24,099 bases of DNA, taken from the IMG/VR virus record IMGVR_UViG_3300025608_000089, positions 1 to 24,099 of that record; one strand, 5' to 3'. The translations under genes and the position numbers were made by a program. A model generated the notes under the pieces. That model did not search any database and had not been told where the DNA came from. It saw only the letters and a list, made by a program, of their open reading frames with translations. The stretch is from a virus. Its lineage: Duplodnaviria > Caudoviricetes. Below, piece after piece: positions 19,002-24,099 of this stretch (position 1 is the first letter of the stretch; each line of letters starts with the position of its first letter).

Positions 19002-22000
19002 TGGCAAAAAGAAAAGTTCCAAGTCAAGCAGCAAGTGGAAGGGAAACCTTTAATGATAACTTGGTCGGTAAACAAATTACCGATGGTACAAGTCAGCTGA
19101 CCTCTGCGAACTTTGCATTGGATAAAACAATCCCTCAAAGGGATAAAAAATCATTTCAATCAAAACCATTTTCCGAATTTCTAACATTTGAGGATTTAAA
19201 AGAAGAAGAACCAATTGAGAGTGGTGTCTCACCGATTAAGACGGAACGTAAAAATGATAAAGTAAAATTTAGAAACTCACACGACGAGGGTTCAAAGTCT
19301 TTATTTGGTTCTTTAAGACAAAGACTATCAGTTTCCGTAAAAAGAATCATCAATAAATTTCCTGCGGGTTTTTATATTGATAGTGAGACCCCCGTATCTG
19401 TTACACCTCACACAGCATTAAACTCTACATACAATAAGAAAACTAATGTTACAACCTTTCAGGTTGAAAATAGTAAGGTGTTTAATCCATTAGGAATTAA
19501 CCTAATAAAACCAAAAAGTAACACACTACCTGAAAATACTAATCCTGTAAAGGATTTCTTTGATTCTTATAAAAGGTATGTTTTAGAATTAAACTCAGTA
19601 CAATTTCAGATTGTAAGTTATTCTGAAGTTAATGTTGATGGTTTAATTACATTTACAGTTAATGGTAATCCGTTTCAATCATCCACTACGTTCGGTGAGA
19701 GTTTTCTAATAAGACCTAACAATAGTGTTGTTGAGGAATTCTTCGGAGGGTTAGATGAGTTGGAGGCGGTTCTACTTAACCGAGAAGGAAAGATAAAATA
19801 CACCTCAAAGTTTAGAGTACCTGAAGATAGTTTCGATGGGTCTAAAACGGAATTAAGAACACAAGAAATATCTTGGCCGTTATATAGAGATAAGTGGAAC
19901 TTAAAAATATCGGGTAGTGCATATATCAGTTATGTTGAGGAATTAAGTACTATCGGTGAAAGGATAGATCAATATAAATCAAATATTGTTTCAAGATTCC
20001 TAACCACAGCGTCAATATTCGAATTTGACACTGAAGATCAGAGAATGGATTCAGTGACTCAACTACTCGGACATAGTTTCGATCAGGTTAAGAAGTTCAT
20101 TGATAATATAGCTTACATGAGAAATGTTAGTTATGATCGAATCAACAATTTACCTGATGTTCTTTTAAAAAACCTATCCAACACACTTGGTTTAGACACA
20201 TTGAATTTATTTGATGAGAAAAACTTACAGGACTCACTATATACAAGAGTTGATAGTCAGTACGATGGTGTTGGGATTGGAATGAATATGGTTGAGGCTG
20301 AAACTGAGTTTTATCGAAGATTAGTCATTAACTTATCACACATATACAAATCAAAAGGTACAAGAAAGGCAATCGAATTTTTCTTACGTTTTATCGGTGC
20401 ACCCGAACCTTTAATAAACATAAATGAATATGTTTACAGATATGAGGATGTAAATAAGAAAAGTTTAGATATCGATAATGATGTATATGACCTAATTCAG
20501 GGTGATAAAACTTTTAAAGTTGCAGAAATAACAACAACAGGTTTTAGTTATAATAACGTAACCACCACAGGTTCAACACTTTTTAAAAGTGATGAGTACC
20601 CGATTGATTTACTTTCGAGTGAAGGTGATTATGGGGATGTTAAAGGAATCGAGAGTGAAAACCAAGATGTTTTCTTTCAAAAAGGAGCTGGATGGTATGA
20701 AATTACATTAGATCACAGGTCTTCAACCGAATTAGATAGTGAAAATTCAAATTTACTTTCTAACCCTAAAGTTATAAAAACAAAAAATAAAGATTTCACT
20801 TACGGTGAAGATTATTTTGATTTATATAGACAATTTTCGGGTTTAGATTATGGGTACGAACTACATAATGAGGTTAACAACCAAAAAACCGAAGTGTTGG
20901 GTGATGAGGATTCTAAAATCCTAAACAGAAAAAATATACAAATTTACCTTTCATCATCTCAGGGTGTTGATAATGACATTTATAGGAAAAGTAGAGAATT
21001 AAACGTTTCTTTTGGTAGATCATCGTTGGAACCACAAACAGGATTCACTTTTGCTGAGTACACAGAACATGTTTTAAACGAACAAATACGTAACTCACAT
21101 ATAATTCGATATAAAAAGAATTATATTCAATTAGAGGACATATATGAGGGTTACCTTCTGAATGTAGATAACCCTTTCAGTCTACCAACGGTAAATGAGT
21201 TCATAAATCGAATGAGTCCGTATTGGGTTCAAGTTGTAGAACAGTTTATTCCTGCAACTACACTATGGACAGGTGGTAATATTATTGAAAATGGTAGAAT
21301 CGGTAGGTCTAAGTTTGAATATGAAAAACCATGTTTACCGAATGAATTTACTCAAAATCTTTTTCCTGACTTTGAAGATGTCATTGAGGAAGATTTAGAA
21401 ACTATTTTAGGTGATCATGATTTATTTCGTGGTTTAACCGTTGTTAGTGGTGTAACATACACATTACACATTGATTTTAATGGTTTAACATTCACAGGTG
21501 ATACTGATATTGTAGTGAGTGGTGAAACTGAAACTATTTCAGGAACAACATGTGATGATATTTTATTAAACCACAACCACGCGGCTTTATATGACCCATA
21601 TGAAATCACTTCGGAATGTAGTGATATTGAAAATGTATTTTTTGATAATGGCGGATGTGCACAAACAGTTGAATTTACTGAGTTTTCGGGTATAACCACT
21701 TTAGATCAAATATCCATAACAAGTGGAGGTACCCAATTTGACAAAACAAAACATCTACCGTTATTATGTGATTTTAAATGTTACTTAAAACCACAAATGG
21801 AGGTTTTGGAATGTCTTTGGATTGATGAGATTAAGGATATAATTGATAATCAAATTAATCAGACATATTACAAAAAGACAAGATATACAGGTAATGGAGA
21901 TGTAATAAACAATCATGCCGGTTGGGAAGAATATAAACTAAGTGGTAATACGACAATTGAAGGTTTATTCATAAGTGAATTATCTGACACTACAAACGAC

Positions 22001-24099
22001 CCCGATGGGACATCTAAAACCGTTGAAACGTATGATTATGAATACGCACCTATTTTAGACTATAGAATCTTTACAGATGTTGACGGTGTTAAAAAAATTG
22101 CAATTGTTCCTTTTGTCTATAATATTCAACTTTATAAACTTAATCCAAATTACCCATATAGTAAGGAACAATACGAAGAAGTTGATTTTGATTGTTTGGA
22201 CCCGAGTACATTTGATTTTTATTTTGATTCTGTTTATCTAACAGGAACTACTAAGTGTGATCCAAAAGTTAGTGTTTATGGTGATGGTACTATGTATACA
22301 TTACCTGAAGACCCTGATAATTGTGAATTGATATCTGATGTGTATTTTGAAGTTTCGGGAATTACATTTGGAAATGAGGATACTGTTGATGATGGTGATC
22401 CATGTACTGATTGTCCACCTTACAATACTGATTGGCCGGTTAATATTTTTATTAATTGTGTTGGTGAATATAATGAGGGAATTTCAGGTTTAACACATAC
22501 CCACCATGAAACCACATCGGACTATACGGTTGATTATGTTTCAGGGTGTACGTTTATAGTAAGAAATGTAAGGGAATATGATGTTATTGATATATCAATT
22601 ACTGATGCGGCAAACTGTGATCAAAAAGTTAGGATTGAGGGTTTACAACAAAAATTAGAGTGGGATCCAATAAACGACACGGTTACAGAACCTAAAAGTC
22701 ATTATGTAGAATACTCGGTCGAGTCTTTTTTACCTAATGAAAATCCTGAGGATGGTTTTAGTGCTGAAACTACACAAAGTGGTATAACATATTGTGATAA
22801 TTATCTTGGATATACAATACACCCTAAAGTACAATATAGACCAACATTTGATTACGGTTTAAAACAAAATAGTAAAGTACTTCAAATCACTAACCCATCA
22901 GTATCAATTGTAAATACCACAACGTGGCAGGAAATTGATGGTTGGATTAGTAATGGCGACATTGTACATACAAATGCTCAGAATGTTGCAGTGGGTGATA
23001 GGTTACTTTCAGGTGAGTATTTAACCTGTCCTTTTGGGTCTGAGGATTTTAGAGATTCAGTACTTAACGGTTACTCCTTTGCACAAAACTATGTTGAGGT
23101 TGTGGTTCATAATACCGATTGTTTAGGTACTATTAAAATGAACGTAATTAACGACCGATTTAGATTATTACCAAATACAAAAGTAAGGGTAATGACTAAG
23201 GTTAGTGGTCAGTGGGAGTTTACCGAAAAATATCCTGAAGAATTATTTGTAAGACCTGAAGAACAATCAGTTGATCCATGTTGTACATACGATAAAGATT
23301 ATTTTATTAAGGGTGATTACTTAATAAATGAGTTAGGTTTCCCAATCGAAGTAACTCAGTTAGACTTGGAGTATTGTGAACGAGAGTTATTTTATCATAT
23401 AACCACCACAGCTTCGGCATATGTAGATCATTCAAATGTTATTCTTTTCAATGGTGATGATGAGGATTGTATATTGGTTGAATATAACCAACAAACGTTT
23501 GAGGACCTATCCCTAAGTTCACAACAATATTTCCAAGATCAATTAGATTGTTCAACAATACCGGAAATTGATGAAATAAATAGACCAATTTATGATGATG
23601 ATTGTAATGAGTGTATTGCATATAGGTTAAGACATTATACATCAGGGGACGAAGTACTTGCAAATTATGATCCAAATTATGAAATTGGTGATGTTGTTAG
23701 TATCGTATCTTCAGTAGTACAAGTGGGTGTTCAGGCATTACCACCAGGACTTGACTGTTGGATTATTATCGCATGTGCATATCGTGGAGATGTTACGTTT
23801 AACATCACTAAAGAATGTATAGCTCCAAGTCCTACACCAAGTAGTACACCTATTCCAACGGGTACGCCAACCCCAACACCATCACTGAGTCCAACCCCAA
23901 ACCCTACAAGTAGTCCAACTCCGTCACCAAGCCCAAGTAGTACACCAGATCCGAGTTCTACTCCAGACCCAACTCCTACACCAAGTAGTACGCCAGATCC
24001 AAGTAGTACACCAGATCCGAGTAGTACACCAGATCCAAGTCCTACACCAAGTAGTACACCAGATCCAAGTCCTACACCAAGTAGTACACCAGATCCGAG
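19001..24099 (+). CDS. Giant multidomain baseplate/tail protein (>1699 aa, 3'-truncated): P2 gpI/T4 gp7-like wedge region, Cys-rich domains, degenerate HINT domain, Pro/Ser/Thr linker
   Basis: Manual translation of frame 2 from ATG 19001 ([23 protein letters not shown]...) shows no stop to the window end. Contains '[15 protein letters not shown]...[30 protein letters not shown]' and 'EQFIPATT', resembling the KGT and PA motifs of gpI/gp7-type wedge proteins. Confidence 0.85.
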   Translation, partial: MAKRKVPSQAASGRETFNDNLVGKQITDGTSQLTSANFALDKTIPQRDKKSFQSKPFSEFLTFEDLKEEEPIESGVSPIKTERKNDKVKFRNSHDEGSKSLFGSLRQRLSVSVKRIINKFPAGFYIDSETPVSVTPHTALNSTYNKKTNVTTFQVENSKVFNPLGINLIKPKSNTLPENTNPVKDFFDSYKRYVLELNSVQFQIVSYSEVNVDGLITFTVNGNPFQSSTTFGESFLIRPNNSVVEEFFGGLDELEAVLLNREGKIKYTSKFRVPEDSFDGSKTELRTQEISWPLYRDKWNLKISGSAYISYVEELSTIGERIDQYKSNIVSRFLTTASIFEFDTEDQRMDSVTQLLGHSFDQVKKFIDNIAYMRNVSYDRINNLPDVLLKNLSNTLGLDTLNLFDEKNLQDSLYTRVDSQYDGVGIGMNMVEAETEFYRRLVINLSHIYKSKGTRKAIEFFLRFIGAPEPLININEYVYRYEDVNKKSLDIDNDVYDLIQGDKTFKVAEITTTGFSYNNVTTTGSTLFKSDEYPIDLLSSEGDYGDVKGIESENQDVFFQKGAGWYEITLDHRSSTELDSENSNLLSNPKVIKTKNKDFTYGEDYFDLYRQFSGLDYGYELHNEVNNQKTEVLGDEDSKILNRKNIQIYLSSSQGVDNDIYRKSRELNVSFGRSSLEPQTGFTFAEYTEHVLNEQIRNSHIIRYKKNYIQLEDIYEGYLLNVDNPFSLPTVNEFINRMSPYWVQVVEQFIPATTLWTGGNIIENGRIGRSKFEYEKPCLPNEFTQNLFPDFEDVIEEDLETILGDHDLFRGLTVVSGVTYTLHIDFNGLTFTGDTDIVVSGETETISGTTCDDILLNHNHAALYDPYEITSECSDIENVFFDNGGCAQTVEFTEFSGITTLDQISITSGGTQFDKTKHLPLLCDFKCYLKPQMEVLECLWIDEIKDIIDNQINQTYYKKTRYTGNGDVINNHAGWEEYKLSGNTTIEGLFISELSDTTNDPDGTSKTVETYDYEYAPILDYRIFTDVDGVKKIAIVPFVYNIQLYKLNPNYPYSKEQYEEVDFDCLDPSTFDFYFDSVYLTGTTKCDPKVSVYGDGTMYTLPEDPDNCELISDVYFEVSGITFGNEDTVDDGDPCTDCPPYNTDWPVNIFINCVGEYNEGISGLTHTHHETTSDYTVDYVSGCTFIVRNVREYDVIDISITDAANCDQKVRIEGLQQKLEWDPINDTVTEPKSHYVEYSVESFLPNENPEDGFSAETTQSGITYCDNYLGYTIHPKVQYRPTFDYGLKQNSKVLQITNPSVSIVNTTTWQEIDGWISNGDIVHTNAQNVAVGDRLLSGEYLTCPFGSEDFRDSVLNGYSFAQNYVEVVVHNTDCLGTIKMNVINDRFRLLPNTKVRVMTKVSGQWEFTEKYPEELFVRPEEQSVDPCCTYDKDYFIKGDYLINELGFPIEVTQLDLEYCERELFYHITTTASAYVDHSNVILFNGDDEDCILVEYNQQTFEDLSLSSQQYFQDQLDCSTIPEIDEINRPIYDDDCNECIAYRLRHYTSGDEVLANYDPNYEIGDVVSIVSSVVQVGVQALPPGLDCWIIIACAYRGDVTFNITKECIAPSPTPSSTPIPTGTPTPTPSLSPTPNPTSSPTPSPSPSSTPDPSSTPDPTPTPSSTPDPSSTPDPSSTPDPSPTPSSTPDPSPTPSSTPDP
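23936..24099 (+). repeat. Coding tandem repeat: 18-nt unit AGTAGTACACCAGATCCR (SSTPDP) x7 with three interspersed 12-nt (S/T)PTP units; truncated by window end
   Basis: Directly visible. It lies in a Pro/Ser/Thr low-complexity tract starting at ~23825. Confidence 0.95.

Noticed and set aside
22856-23488. Active intein or mobile element
   Set aside because: No N-terminal Cys/Ser, no TxxH, no terminal HN followed by C/S/T, and no endonuclease motifs; reported as a degenerate domain instead.
599-23675. Short minus-strand and alternate-frame ORFs in the track (e.g. 599-964, 3010-3255, 9058-9321, 18769-19053, 21415-21699, 23448-23675)
   Set aside because: All overlap long, motif-bearing + strand genes and have no recognisable features; most likely shadow ORFs.
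23936-24099. CRISPR array
   Set aside because: Units are adjacent with no unique spacers, are multiples of 3 and encode an in-frame PTS linker.

Overview
AT-rich segment of a large contractile-tailed (myovirus-type, probably jumbo) dsDNA phage genome; every convincing gene is on the + strand. Left module (1-7953), replication/recombination: 3' part of a gp32-like ssDNA-binding protein, a GC-rich ~83-nt structured intergenic element, RecA/UvsX-like recombinase, 5'-3' flap exonuclease (T4 RNase H/PolI-N type), a 149-aa unknown, DnaB/gp41-like helicase, and class Ia ribonucleotide reductase (nrdB then nrdA, eukaryote/Bacteroidota-like), closed by an intrinsic terminator. Right module (8041-end), baseplate/virion: gp25-like and gp6/BaseplateJ-like wedge proteins, five uncharacterised proteins (1336, 587, 264, 370, 304 aa), and a >1699-aa ORF (19001->24099) missing from the ORF track because it runs off the window. 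That giant protein has a P2 gpI/T4 gp7-like wedge region, a Cys-rich region, an apparently inactive HINT (intein-like) domain and a mucin-like Pro/Ser/Thr repeat. Best leads: (i) a strongly over-represented hydrophobic-[S/T]-G-x-T peptide motif in the putative virion proteins, possibly a modification (glycosylation) sequon; (ii) the pseudo-HINT domain; (iii) the structured element between ssb and recA; (iv) a TATTTATWA candidate late promoter. A Bacteroidota host is inferred, not shown. All counts are manual and no database searches were run.
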